From positions 3,296,001 to 3,360,000 of the forward strand of contig CAXXKJ010000002.1 in NCBI GenBank assembly GCA_963675295.2: a stretch of DNA of 64,000 nt, read 5' to 3'. Positions within the stretch are counted from its first letter, which is position 1, and the number at the start of each line of letters is the position of its first letter. The stretch is from a bacterium (GTDB lineage: Bacteria > Electryoneota > Electryoneia > Electryoneales > Electryoneaceae). The notes beneath the pieces were generated by a model, which searched no databases, was not told the origin of the DNA, and worked only from the letters and a program-made list of their open reading frames with translations. This document shows positions 40,690-51,727 of the stretch, piece by piece. Position numbers and translations under genes: made by a program.

Positions 40690-42452
40690 CGACAGACACC
40701 TTCCTGAAGAACTTTTGTCATTGGGTAGACGCTCCCAACGGTATTCCCAAACTCCGGGAACTCGTTTTACTACTTGGCATTCAGGGAAAACTGGTTGAAC
40801 CGATCGATGATGAACCAATGAATTTTGCGAACTCAGATGGAGATATCGCTGAACACTGCAAACAGGTGGGTATTAGGGTACAAAAAAGGGTGATTGAGGT
40901 TGATGAACAGGATGAACCATGGAAACTTCCACAGCAATGGTCATGGCAGCGGTTGGGGAATATCTCGATTTATAATGGAAGACAGAATCTATCACCTGAA
41001 CAACTCGACGGAAATATGTGGTCACTCGAACTTGAGGATATTGAAAAAAGTAGTTCACGTCTTTTAGCCAAAAAATTTGTTAGAGAAAGGCGACCTAAAA
41101 GTACAAGGACCACATTCGTTAAGGGGGATGTGTTGTATGGAAAATTACGCCCTTATTTGGATAAAGTGCTAATAGCAGACGATGACGGTTATGCGACTAC
41201 TGAAATTGCTCCCATAGTTGTCTTAGATGGCCTTAATCCTTATTACCTACGGTGGGTTTTAAAATCGCGCTATTTCATACAGCATGTGAATTCACTGACC
41301 TACGGAATAAACTTACCACGGCTGAATACTACCGACGCGAGAAATGTCGCTATCCCAGTTCCGCCTACTGCGGAACAACAAATTATCGTAGATATGATCG
41401 ATGAGCTGATGGCGCTGTGTGATGAGCTGGAACAGCGGCAGCAGAAGCGGGCTTCGGTACGGTCGAAGCTGAACAAGGCGTCCCTGCACAGCCTGACCAC
41501 CGCCACGGACGATGACGCTTTCCAGACAGCCTGGGCACGGATCCGTCACAATTTCGACACCCTCTACACCACCCCCGAATCCGTCCAAGACCTACGCCAG
41601 TCCATCCTCCAACTCGCCGTCCAAGGCAAACTGGTCCCCCAAGATCCAAGTGATTCTGGCATCTCACACATAATGGAAAGGGTCAAATCAAAGCAAGAAG
41701 TTCTTTTGAAAGAAAAGAAAATAAAGCGTCCCAAATCCACTCCGCGTATTTTGAAAGAGAATATTCCATACGAAACTCCTAAAGATTGGAAGTGGATACG
41801 AATAGGAGATTTTTGTGAATTGATTAATGGTGATAGAAGCAAAAACTATCCTAATAAAGAAGAGTACGTTTCCAATGGTGTTGCATGGATTAATACTGGA
41901 CATATTGACCCTGATGGAACTTTATCAATCGAAAGAATGAACTACATATCAGAAGAAAAATATAATAGCTTGAATGGTGGATTCATTGAGCATAATGATC
42001 TTGTTTACTGCTTAAGAGGTGCAACTATTGGCAAGACAGCATTTGTAACCCCGTTTACAAAAGGGGCAATAGCATCTTCGCTTGTAATAATAAGATCATA
42101 TTTACCTGAACTTATAAAATACTTGTATTTATATCTGATTAGTCCCATTGGAAAGAAACAAATTCTGAAATATGACAACGGATCTGCTCAACCAAATTTA
42201 TCTGCAAATAGCGTCAGGCTGTTTCTTGTACCCTTACCACCGATTGAGGAGCAGCGTCGAATAGCTGAAAAAGTTAGTCACCTAATGGAGATGTGCAATC
42301 AGCTTGAAGCAGTAGTTTCCAAATCCCAATCTCAAGCTGAAAAGTTGATGGCAGCAATTGTCCACAACCTGACCAACGGGTCCGACTCGACACCTAGCGA
42401 ATCCACCAAACCGTCCAAATCCAACCCTGATCAAATGACGTTGGGAGTTTGA
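40686..42452 (+). CDS. hsdS: Type I R-M specificity subunit
   Basis: Two TRDs; repeated (L/A)xQGKLV and PPxxEQ conserved regions; ATGA coupling to hsdM. Confidence 0.92.
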   Translation: MTTDTFLKNFCHWVDAPNGIPKLRELVLLLGIQGKLVEPIDDEPMNFANSDGDIAEHCKQVGIRVQKRVIEVDEQDEPWKLPQQWSWQRLGNISIYNGRQNLSPEQLDGNMWSLELEDIEKSSSRLLAKKFVRERRPKSTRTTFVKGDVLYGKLRPYLDKVLIADDDGYATTEIAPIVVLDGLNPYYLRWVLKSRYFIQHVNSLTYGINLPRLNTTDARNVAIPVPPTAEQQIIVDMIDELMALCDELEQRQQKRASVRSKLNKASLHSLTTATDDDAFQTAWARIRHNFDTLYTTPESVQDLRQSILQLAVQGKLVPQDPSDSGISHIMERVKSKQEVLLKEKKIKRPKSTPRILKENIPYETPKDWKWIRIGDFCELINGDRSKNYPNKEEYVSNGVAWINTGHIDPDGTLSIERMNYISEEKYNSLNGGFIEHNDLVYCLRGATIGKTAFVTPFTKGAIASSLVIIRSYLPELIKYLYLYLISPIGKKQILKYDNGSAQPNLSANSVRLFLVPLPPIEEQRRIAEKVSHLMEMCNQLEAVVSKSQSQAEKLMAAIVHNLTNGSDSTPSESTKPSKSNPDQMTLGV

Positions 42453-42748
42453 TGAATCACCAACCCCAACAGAAAGTCAACCAGTTCTTCGAATCTGCAG
42501 ACCCTTCCATCCATACCATGCGTCTGCAGCGTGCAATTATGGACCAGCTGGATCTGATGCAGACTCTGTCCCCCGAGCAACTCGACCGCCTCAATGTCTC
42601 CTGTGAACGCTTCACCATCTGGCTCGAGTACTTGCTTGCGGAAGTTGAAGATCAGGGCACCCCTTCAGAAGAACAGCTAGCGCAACTGATCAACCAGCTG
42701 AAGGCATACGTGCAAGCACAGAAGCTCCTTTCCAACAGACCAGATTGA
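42449..42748 (+). CDS. Hypothetical helical protein
   Basis: 99-aa ORF overlapping the hsdS stop. Confidence 0.55.
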   Translation: MMNHQPQQKVNQFFESADPSIHTMRLQRAIMDQLDLMQTLSPEQLDRLNVSCERFTIWLEYLLAEVEDQGTPSEEQLAQLINQLKAYVQAQKLLSNRPD

Positions 42749-42829
42749 TATATTCCGCGTGTACAGCTCCTGCTCGTTCCTTGCATAAAACCGAAGTCTG
42801 AGCCATTTCACCTGGAACCTGAGACGGCC

Positions 42830-43774
42830 GTGGGAAAACGTCAGCACTACATCCCCCAAAGCTACCTGGATCTCTTCACTGACCCGCGCACGCCCGAAGG
42901 TCATGATCCGCATCTTTGGGTATTCACCCGCAAGCAGAACGAGATCAAAAAGCGCGCCCCCAAGAACACAGCTCAGAGTTCGCACCGTTACACCTTCGAA
43001 GAGAAAGACGGTACGAAGAATGAATCCTTGGAAGCGGGATTCTCTCAGCTTGAATCGATCGTTGCACCCATTCTGAAGCGAATATCTTCCACAGCCAAAA
43101 TCACGGAGAAGGATAAACCTGACATTGCTGGCTATATGGGTATGCTGTCTGCCAGATCGCCAGAGAATGAAGGGCGCGTGGTTGATGTACTAGAGAGAAT
43201 TCACAGGACACAAATGGCCATTCTTGCAGTCAATGATCCCAAAATGCGGGAAATACTTGAGAATTCAGGACTGGACAAAACACCTGAAGAAGTGGCCCGG
43301 GAAATCACAGAAGGAGGTTTGTTTAATGTAGAAATCCCTCGTGCCATGGCGCTGGGACCCATGATGCAAGCGAATGCAGATGTATTTACGAGTTCATTAC
43401 CACAGATGCACTGGAAGGTCCTGCGCAGTGAAATACCTGCTGGCATTTTAACATCCGATTACCCAGTCTGCATGTTCAGTCCCATAGCAGCTGATTCGGG
43501 ATGGCCACCAGGCTTAGCATACAAGGATATTGAAGTCACCTTCCCACTATCGCGAGATCTGATCCTGCTCATATCCAGAGAAGAAGTGGAGCCCGATGCG
43601 GAGTTGAATCCAGGGAAAACTCTGCTTTACAACTGGAGATCGTTCTTCTACGCGTCAGAGTTCTACGCTGCAAGCGAGGAAATCATCGTCGCATCATACA
43701 ATCTGCTTGTGGATGAAGTGCAGCGTGATCAACCCAGTGAGGTAGGCTCAAGGTACTTGAGAATTGACCGCTAA
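42830..43774 (+). CDS. DUF4238 domain protein
   Basis: N-terminal RQHYIPQSYL..F; LE..FS.LE; TSDYPV; FPLSRDL. Confidence 0.8.
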   Translation: MGKRQHYIPQSYLDLFTDPRTPEGHDPHLWVFTRKQNEIKKRAPKNTAQSSHRYTFEEKDGTKNESLEAGFSQLESIVAPILKRISSTAKITEKDKPDIAGYMGMLSARSPENEGRVVDVLERIHRTQMAILAVNDPKMREILENSGLDKTPEEVAREITEGGLFNVEIPRAMALGPMMQANADVFTSSLPQMHWKVLRSEIPAGILTSDYPVCMFSPIAADSGWPPGLAYKDIEVTFPLSRDLILLISREEVEPDAELNPGKTLLYNWRSFFYASEFYAASEEIIVASYNLLVDEVQRDQPSEVGSRYLRIDR

Positions 43775-44049
43775 TCGTTGCCACGAATCCAAGGCGTTCA
43801 TTTCTGCTTACCGTGTAACTCAATAGCCACGTGCGCCATGTAAAGCCTGATGCGGGTTCTGTCACCTGACTATCTTGCCGGGCTAAAATCTGCAATGAGT
43901 GTCTTAGGGCTGCTAGAGATGAGGGATTCTTCAAATATTGATCACTACATTCTGCACACACAAAACCAGTACGTCCGGATATAAGAATACAGACTTGGTC
44001 TGGTTTTTGCAACGTCCTTGAAACAACGCGCTTAACCACTGGTGCTCGC

Positions 44050-44517
44050 ATGAACAAGTACTTCAGCTACCTTCTGGGAAAAGAGGTGAGCGTACAGTAC
44101 GCTCATGGCAAGTTTTCTCTTTCAGTATTGGGCGACACTTCTGATTATCCTCGTGGCTTACCCGTAGCAAGGGTAAAACGGGTATCCGCTAGATACATTA
44201 TTTTGTGCTTCAGTGAACCGACGATAATTGATTCTATCACATTTAGAAAAGATGTTTATGTCAATAATTCCGCAATATCTTTAATATCCTTGGATGAATA
44301 TGTTGAATACACCGACATTGATTCTCTTGATGATGAAGTCTATAGAGATGAGGAATTTATAGAAGACCTAGAAGAAGATGAAAATTACAGCTATGATGAT
44401 GCAGATCGTTGGACAGTAGAGGACTGGGCCGATTTTTACGGGTATGATGGTCCACTTTATGACTCTTCTGGCAGACCTTTGGACCAAAGTGATATAGCAG
44501 AAGCTACAGGTAATTAG
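44050..44517 (+). CDS. Hypothetical protein with an acidic C-terminal tail
   Basis: 155-aa ORF; D/E-rich second half. Confidence 0.55.
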   Translation: MNKYFSYLLGKEVSVQYAHGKFSLSVLGDTSDYPRGLPVARVKRVSARYIILCFSEPTIIDSITFRKDVYVNNSAISLISLDEYVEYTDIDSLDDEVYRDEEFIEDLEEDENYSYDDADRWTVEDWADFYGYDGPLYDSSGRPLDQSDIAEATGN

Positions 44518-44538
44518 TAACTGTAGCAAATTGTGCAA

Positions 44539-45144
44539 TTAGTTTCCTGCTGAAGCTAGAAGATAAATGAAGACCGTGATTATCAGCACTAAATTGAAAA
44601 TTGAAATTGTCATTGTTGCAACATTCTTTTTTCCGACGCTTTCCAATCCCTCCGTCATTTTCTTCTCCTGGCCTGAAAGCTTTTCCTCCATATAGTTGCG
44701 AAACTTCGTCAGTTTAGACTCCACTCCTTCGTCGAATTCGTTCTGCTGTTTTTCGAGTTGCTCATCCATGTGAGTGCGGATTTTTGACAGTCGATCTTCA
44801 ACATCATCCACGACCTCTCTCTTCACCTTCTGTGTAGCCTGAGAGAGGTTGTCAAGTTTCGAATTTGTGCTGCTGCCTATCTGATCAAGATCGGTCAAGC
44901 GTCTCTCAAGATCGACTTCCTTCAGTCGCTTTATGATCTCATCGCTAGCCTTCGTGAAATCACCGGCACGTTGCAAGATTGTCTCAGAACTGCCGATGAC
45001 TTTCTCGATCATTTCTTGGGACGTACTTAGCTGAGACTGAGATTCAGACAACAACTGCGTTGCCTGCTTCATCCTTCTCAATTCCTCGACCATCGTCTCA
45101 AGGGCTTGCTCGGCTTCTAGAACTCGATCCGCTTCGATGTTCAT
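44539..45144 (-). CDS. Coiled-coil protein with a single C-terminal transmembrane helix
   Basis: Heptad-rich body and TISIFNLVLIITVFIYLL tail; ATG 1 nt after the RecQ stop. Confidence 0.75.
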   Translation of the reverse strand: MNIEADRVLEAEQALETMVEELRRMKQATQLLSESQSQLSTSQEMIEKVIGSSETILQRAGDFTKASDEIIKRLKEVDLERRLTDLDQIGSSTNSKLDNLSQATQKVKREVVDDVEDRLSKIRTHMDEQLEKQQNEFDEGVESKLTKFRNYMEEKLSGQEKKMTEGLESVGKKNVATMTISIFNLVLIITVFIYLLASAGN

Positions 45145-46780
45145 GTTAGTCTATCTCCCCTGGAATCAGTGGTCGAATCCTCTTTAGTGCATCTGCGATG
45201 AGCAAGGCAAGCATTGCTCTATGCACCTTCTGTGAAGCTGGCCACTGGTGTCTCTCGTCCCTGTATCGTTTCACAAGTTGTGCTGAACCGACAGCTCGAA
45301 GCGCTGCTTCTAATAGCTGTTCCTCCAAATGCTGTCGGTAAAGCACTGTTTCTCGCAGAACAAAAAATACGATGTCTTCTACGTCCAAAAGATCTTGAGA
45401 ATGTTGCAATTGTTGGAAAAGCAACCTGGCTTCTTGAATGACAGAACTATCATCTTCCGCTGGATTTCTCAACCGCGCGCAAACGGATATATAGCGCAGT
45501 GCAATATTCGAAGGATCCTCATCCAGCATGCGACGAGAAGTACCTACCAGCCGTTTCGCTTCATCAAGAGTCGTCACACGAGCAAGAAGCTCGGTTACAC
45601 TCTCCATCCCGATTTGGTGGAATGGTTTGTTGATCCAGGTTTTCAACGTTTCAGAAAATTCAGATTCCTGCAAATATGCCAGAATTGCTTCACGGAACTG
45701 TTGATCAGACTTGAAACCCCGACACAAACTGGCCATCGTGTTCAAAGCCTGTTTGCGTTTCGCCGCAATCTCGTCATAGACAAAATCTACCATTTGCCCA
45801 ATCGCGTACCACGCTGCAGATTCTGCATTTTCGAGCGGAACATTCGCTGTACCCTCGTCAGCATATTCTTTGAATTTGTAATTACTCAAAAAGCGATGAA
45901 GTCCATCTTTAATTTGGTCTGGCTTAACGTGACGAACTCTAGCAAGAAAACGCCTACTATGCCAGTTAATTGAATAATCCTCAACCAATCCCAAGGCGAC
46001 AAGTCGAAATAGAGCTTTTTCCTGTTGTCCTCTATTTCTTCCAAATGTAATTTCTACTTCATTTAATGTTGTTGCGGCATCTACCATTCCTTGAACTTCT
46101 GGCCATATTTTGTTTTTCCATAGGTTAAAAGCATCCTCTTTTTCTTGTTCGCGATCTGAATATGTATTTAGAAGAAACCACATTTGATCAATCAAATTGC
46201 CTCTACTCCCCCATTTTATAGCATTTAGCCTTTTCATAGCCTTAGCATGATCATACTCCGCAATAATCTCTTGAGCCTCATCCCAATTATCGTCATTATA
46301 AATGATAAAACATTTAGCAGATTGTGGCTCATTATTCCTTCCAGCACGACCTGCCTCTTGATAATAAGCCTCTACCGATGATGGTAGCCCATAGTGAATA
46401 GTATATCTCACATTATCTTTATCGATACCCATACCAAAAGATTTAGTTGCAACAAGTTCCTGAATATTATTATTTTTAAAGTCATCCTGAATTCTATTCT
46501 TGTATTGTATCCACTCAGAGTTACTTTTATCATTCCATTGTTTTGGTTTGGAACCCCCGTAAAAATTGCCATGCCCCATCATGTCTGATACATGAAGCAC
46601 ACCTTTTTTGCCACCGACATGTGGGCAAAAAATGATGCCACAGTTAGTATTCGATCCATTAGCTGAGAAGAAAGTTTGGGGATTACGGCGGAATTTTGCA
46701 GGAAGGCTTTCTCGTAGATGACGAAGGTCAACCTCTGCATTTGCGCTGTCTGTTTTTATTACATCGAAAATGAGCTCTTT

Positions 46781-47912
46781 TGCAAATTCCAAGATCAAAT
46801 GCACCGATCAGGTTTTGTGATTGAAGAGGACCTCTTTTGGTGTTCTGTATCCGAGTGATTTTCTGGGTCTGTTGTTGAGTTGCTGTTCGACCGAATGGAC
46901 GTCCAGATCGTGAAGTGACCGGAAGTCCAGCCCCTTCGGAAACCACTGCCGTACCATCCGGTTCATGTTCTCGTTGCGTGCCCGCTCCCACGAGCTGTAC
47001 GGATGCGCGAAATAGACCGTCACACCCAGCCGTTCAGCCAGCCATTCATGCCGCGCGAACTCACCGCCGTTATCCGCTGTCAGCGTGTGCAGGGGAAGCT
47101 TTCGCTGCTTCCAGTGGCGTTGAAACGCGGCGACGGAACGCGTGCTGAAGGTCTCGGCACGAAGGTCGGGCAGCAGCGCCAGCACGGTGTATTTGCTGCG
47201 TCGCTCGACGTGGCTGGCAATCGCTCCCTTGTGCCCCTTGCCGTGGATCGTGTCCGACTCCCAGTCGCCCGCACGGCCCAGTTTGTCAACGATCTCCGGA
47301 CGTTCTTCGATGCCCGTCCGGTTGCGGATCATGCCACGGAAGTCCTTGCGTGACCCACGTTTGCGATAGCCGCGACGCCCGTGATTCAGGCACAGGTGAA
47401 GCGTGCCGCCGTTGTCCTGGTCACGGCGGATCCAGCTGTAGATCGTCTGCGTGCTCACCTGCATCGACGGGTCGTCACGAAACTCCCGCCGCAGACGACC
47501 GGCCAACACATCCGGCGACCAGTACTCGCCGCGCAGATGCACTTCCAGGTACGCTCTCAGCGCCTCGTTTTCACTGATCCTGCTGTGTCCGGCACGGATC
47601 GCCGACCGTCGCTCAAACGCCTGCTGATGGGCGCTGGCGGGCAGGTAGTCGCCTGCTGAATCCCGGTTCCGCTGCAGCTCACGACTGATCGTCGTCCGGT
47701 GACGTCCAAGCTGTCTCGCGATCTCCGGGACACTCTCTCCCCGATGATGCTGACAGGCTATCATCTCACGCTCACGGAGCGTAAGTTGACCTTGTGGCAT
47801 TGCTGTTCCTCGTTCCGTTTTTGTGTTCTCTCAAACCCAAAATACAGAACAAGACGGCAGTGCCACTTCTCTTCAAAACCCGAGCCCTGTGCGATTGATT
47901 TTAGAATTTTGG
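46781..47912 (-). mobile_element. IS30-family insertion sequence with 3-bp TTT target duplication
   Basis: Imperfect 24-bp IRs TGCAAATTCCAAGATCAAATGCAC / GTGCGATTGATTTTAGAATTTTGG; TTT at 46778-46780 and 47913-47915. Confidence 0.88.
46808..47800 (-). CDS. IS30-family transposase
   Basis: HTH IARQLGRHRTTISREL; DDE motifs GDWESD, TADNGGEF, PYSSWERARNEN; LNNRPRKSLGYRTP. Confidence 0.95.
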   Translation of the reverse strand: MPQGQLTLREREMIACQHHRGESVPEIARQLGRHRTTISRELQRNRDSAGDYLPASAHQQAFERRSAIRAGHSRISENEALRAYLEVHLRGEYWSPDVLAGRLRREFRDDPSMQVSTQTIYSWIRRDQDNGGTLHLCLNHGRRGYRKRGSRKDFRGMIRNRTGIEERPEIVDKLGRAGDWESDTIHGKGHKGAIASHVERRSKYTVLALLPDLRAETFSTRSVAAFQRHWKQRKLPLHTLTADNGGEFARHEWLAERLGVTVYFAHPYSSWERARNENMNRMVRQWFPKGLDFRSLHDLDVHSVEQQLNNRPRKSLGYRTPKEVLFNHKT

Positions 47913-50104
47913 TTTGCGATCAAATGATTTCGGCAAAACAATCGATTCTTCTTCCCGTACTTCCATCTCAACTTGAACATCCGTCAATACGGCGAACGAG
48001 GCTGTCCCGGTGAGTCCAACAAGTGTGGGTGTATGGGAATCCCAAGAACAGTAGGTCCTTAGATTTCTGCACAAATGTAGGTAGGATGGCCTAAAATCAT
48101 GCCCCCATTCTGAGACACAATGAACTTCGTCAATGACAGCAAGCGAAATTACGACTCGTTTCGCCGCAGCTCGGACAATATTTCTGAAATCGTCCATTTG
48201 CATTCGTTCAGGCGCGATAAACATAAAATATCGCCTGTAGTTCTGCATTTCATTTGATTGCTCTTCTTTTTCATCCGCTTCCAGCAAACTGGAGACATGC
48301 CCAATTAAATCGATTGAAGCCCTGTGGAGATTATCGATCTGGTCCTTCATCAAGGCGAGCAGAGGGTCGATTACTAAAGCCATTCCTGGCAACAGTAATG
48401 CACTCAGCTGATATGTAAGCGACTTTCCCCCGCCTGTCGGCAACAGCACAATAGAGGGCAGTCCACTCAGAAGGCGTGAGACAACCCGCGCTTGGCCATC
48501 CCAAAAATCCTTTTTCCGGAATAATGCACGTAGGAAATAGCGAAGCGAGTCAAGTTGGCGGCTTTGGATTTCAGTTGGTGCCGGTTCCTCATCGTTACGA
48601 AGTGACTCATCCAGTCCAGCGAGGTCATAGGACGTAGGCCATGCATGAAGGAGTTGTCGATTGTCCCGACGTGAATAGGCGTCACGAATCTCGATCCATG
48701 GACCTTTGACCTGCCTCATCAACTCCAGCTGAGACTTTCCTCGCACTGACGTCAAAGCCTTGCTTCCTGAAAGGATAAAATCATATTGGCTTTCGACTTC
48801 TTGCACCACCTTTAGCGTTATTCCTTCGCCCAGCTTTTGTACAGGTTGTCCTTCACGCATAACCTGAATTTCGAAACGAGGAGGAGTTGGATACTTGGAG
48901 TTCAGCCGAAACAGATGAACCCACATACGTTGGAATACGATTAGAGCATCAACAAGGATTGGTTCATCGTCTTCCAAAACTAATAATCTGAGCTGTTCTG
49001 AATATGGAATTTGCTCGAAGCGAAGTGCGAGAATCAAACCTAGAAGCGATCGATGAATCAGGTGAGGTCGAATTATAGCATTCCAAGCAGTCTGATACTT
49101 AGGTGAGGAAAAAAGCTCTTGGGTTGGTAAATCCCGTAATAGGAAATCCTGGTCATCTTGTCCTAACTTGGCTTCCCATTCGTCAGCAAACCATTCACCG
49201 ATGTTCTCTCGAACTGTTTCTGCTTCAATTCGCAGCACCTGCCAGCCCGCTGCCCCAAGTGCGTTATCGCGTCGGTTATCTATTTCAATCTGATCTTGCT
49301 CGGCATGTTGACTACCATCAATCTCTATCACCCAGGACGAATGCGGCAGTATAAGTGCAAAATCAACCCGTTGCCCGATAAGGTCATCCTGCTCTTTACC
49401 AGTCAGATCTTCCAGTTTTATCTGCCGTTTCAGTAGTGAACTGGTGACTTGACCATAACGCTCAATGAATGCTGTGTAAAAAGCATCTTCTTCTTCGCTA
49501 ACGGTGTGATCAGTACTTGAAAGGTTCTCGTTGAGTATGACTGACTCAACGTTGAATGATAACAGCAGAATTTCTGTAGCGGCAGAAAGGAGTTCTCTTC
49601 CCTCAATATCTGATTTGATAAACTTATGTCCTACTATACGGTCGTTGGATGAAACGGAGAGTTCCTCAGTCTGAATTCCAGGACAATTGCCAAGCAATGC
49701 GCTTTCGAGAATGTGATCAACCCAGGTAGGAAGTCCTCGACTGACAAGCTTTGCCATCACGGCTGTGAGGGTCAGAATGGATTCGTCAACGCTTTCGACT
49801 AGTTCTTGATCAGGAGAACCGATGCTTGCGCAACCATGGTTTTTCAGGATTTGTTCAATCTGAGAGAGTAGTGCCTCCCGCCCATGATCTAGCGTATCCC
49901 AGATCGAAAGACGTCCGGCGGCTGAATACGTGATGGTCCGACCGTCGCTCATGTTTCCTTAGTTGTTGCCAAGCTATATCGTAAACTACAAAGGTAACCC
50001 GATGTTCATGTTCAGGTCAAGCATTTGGGAATTTCGTGTAACGCAAACTGCTATGCAAAATACTGATTGCTATAATATAATTATGCTGATATACAGATGG
50101 CAGT

Positions 50105-51727
50105 TTAACCAACATCAGCTAAACCATAATCCTCAGAGTTGTCATTTTCATCTTGATTACCGAAGTGAGGCATGTCTGGTATCTGATCTACTGCAGTAAT
50201 CTCCCCTATGTCTAAAGATCGGTAACTTAACCCGTATGCTACAGCCAATCTTTCATATGCAACGGGATCACCATCCGGAGTTTCCGTTACCGGCAAAGGT
50301 AACTCTTTAATACCATACGGATTACGTATATACTGCTTCTTGAACCAAAAGGATAACTCTCTAATTGATTCCCTATAGATCTTGTTTTGTCTACCACCGC
50401 CGATGAGTAATACTGGAAGAGAATTTACAGACCATTCATCTTCATTAGGTGCACGAAACCTTCTAGTGGCATATAATATTGCTTTATACATTATCGCGCA
50501 TTTTTTAACAAGTTTTTTATCAATACTCTCTAGTATTTCCAAAATGCTATGTGGAAATTGTTCTATCGCTACCTCTAATGGTAGTGGGTCGAAAGGATTA
50601 TATTCCCTATTTAGAGAACGCGCGGCTTCAGAGTCGTGCTTTTCAATTGCCTTCACTCTTTGTTTATTAAGTTCAGCAACTCCAAGTCTTTTAACGTCAG
50701 CCACTAGCAAACCATATTCATCGCTATTACCTTTTCTCCGATCATTTAAGATAAATGCACATGCATCTACAGTCGCTGCTCCATAATCAATCATGAAATG
50801 AAGTCCACTAGTCCTCAAATCTGACCTTGCATAACTCACAGCTCCGGCAGCAATCTCGGGAATTATCTCAAAATCACACGGCTCAGTTTCCGTGGATTCT
50901 GACACGCTATTTGTGCTTGCAGCGCCTCTTGCGAGTTCTTTTTGGGCATCCATTATTGTGATGCTATCAGTCTTAAATGACAGCCTCCAGGCGGCAATTC
51001 CAATAAGTCGAAAACGTCTACTTAGGTCGTTCTCACCAGTACAGGGTGAGGGAACCCCTAAATTGTAAGCCCAGAAGATCGACTCGTATGAAACAATTAG
51101 GTTTTGATGCTTCTCCAGGAACCATTGCCTAGTGTGTAGCAGCACAAGAGCTAAGTAGGCAGTTGCAATTGCGTCAGGAGGGTAGATTGGATCTAAGTTT
51201 TGCGCATTGAAGCCTAGGAGCCTGGTCTTGATTTCCAAGACATGAGTACTTCTCGAGATCTCAGAAAGGTCACAATTGCCGTCCTCGTCAACCCACAACG
51301 CCGTAGGTAGAAGCTGAGGCATTGATTGGTGCCCAAGCGATTCGAAGTTAACAGGATATGCCGGAGAGCCAGGCAAGTCTGGTGCACGTACTACAACTTT
51401 CGTGGCTGATGTTCCAAAGTCCAGACCAATTACTAGGTCTACCTCACCGCTAGCCGCCTCTGCGCCATACTGAAAATCTTGTTCAACAAGTTCATCTACC
51501 TCACCGCTAGCCGCCTCGGCACCATGCTGAAGACCTTTTTCAACAAGTTCATCTACCTCACCGCTAGCCGCCTCGGCACCATGCTGAAGACCTTTTTCAA
51601 CAAGTTCGTCTACCTCACTGTTAGCCTCCTCTGCGCCAGGCTGAAGATCTTGCTCAAAGAGTTCTTCTACCTCTATTCGTTGCTTCTTTTTACCGAACAG
51701 AGACGATAGCCAATCCGATATCTTCAC
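50105..51727 (-). CDS. Actin/Hsp70 (ASKHA)-fold ATPase-like protein with N-terminal acidic tandem repeats
   Basis: IGLDFGTSATK, PEIAAG, IDYGAATVD, LIGGG and LAVAYGL match the five ASKHA motifs in order. Confidence 0.75.
   Translation of the reverse strand: MKISDWLSSLFGKKKQRIEVEELFEQDLQPGAEEANSEVDELVEKGLQHGAEAASGEVDELVEKGLQHGAEAASGEVDELVEQDFQYGAEAASGEVDLVIGLDFGTSATKVVVRAPDLPGSPAYPVNFESLGHQSMPQLLPTALWVDEDGNCDLSEISRSTHVLEIKTRLLGFNAQNLDPIYPPDAIATAYLALVLLHTRQWFLEKHQNLIVSYESIFWAYNLGVPSPCTGENDLSRRFRLIGIAAWRLSFKTDSITIMDAQKELARGAASTNSVSESTETEPCDFEIIPEIAAGAVSYARSDLRTSGLHFMIDYGAATVDACAFILNDRRKGNSDEYGLLVADVKRLGVAELNKQRVKAIEKHDSEAARSLNREYNPFDPLPLEVAIEQFPHSILEILESIDKKLVKKCAIMYKAILYATRRFRAPNEDEWSVNSLPVLLIGGGRQNKIYRESIRELSFWFKKQYIRNPYGIKELPLPVTETPDGDPVAYERLAVAYGLSYRSLDIGEITAVDQIPDMPHFGNQDENDNSEDYGLADVG
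51438..51673 (-). repeat. 57-bp in-frame tandem repeat, 4 units plus a partial
   Basis: TCTACCTC recurs at 51438, 51495, 51552, 51609 and 51666; encodes EVDELVE(K/Q)xxQxGAEAASG. Confidence 0.92.

Larger units (their letters stand above)
45146..49952 (-). pseudogene. DUF559/Vsr-like nuclease plus RecQ-family helicase (~1223 aa when restored), interrupted by IS30
   Basis: RVDF...IEIDGSQH...D..RD..L...GWQVLRI; LPTGGGKS, DEVHCVSEWGHDFRPSY (5' part); VATKSFGMGIDK, YYQEAGRAGR (3' part). Removing the IS and one TTT restores the frame (SFDRK|ELIF). Confidence 0.9.

Noticed and set aside
45146-46804. Stand-alone 552-aa helicase C-terminal gene
   Set aside because: Its start lies inside the IS30 inverted repeat; it is the 3' half of the interrupted RecQ gene
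51438-51673. CRISPR-like periodicity
   Set aside because: Contiguous in-frame 57-bp units without unique spacers; no cas genes in the window
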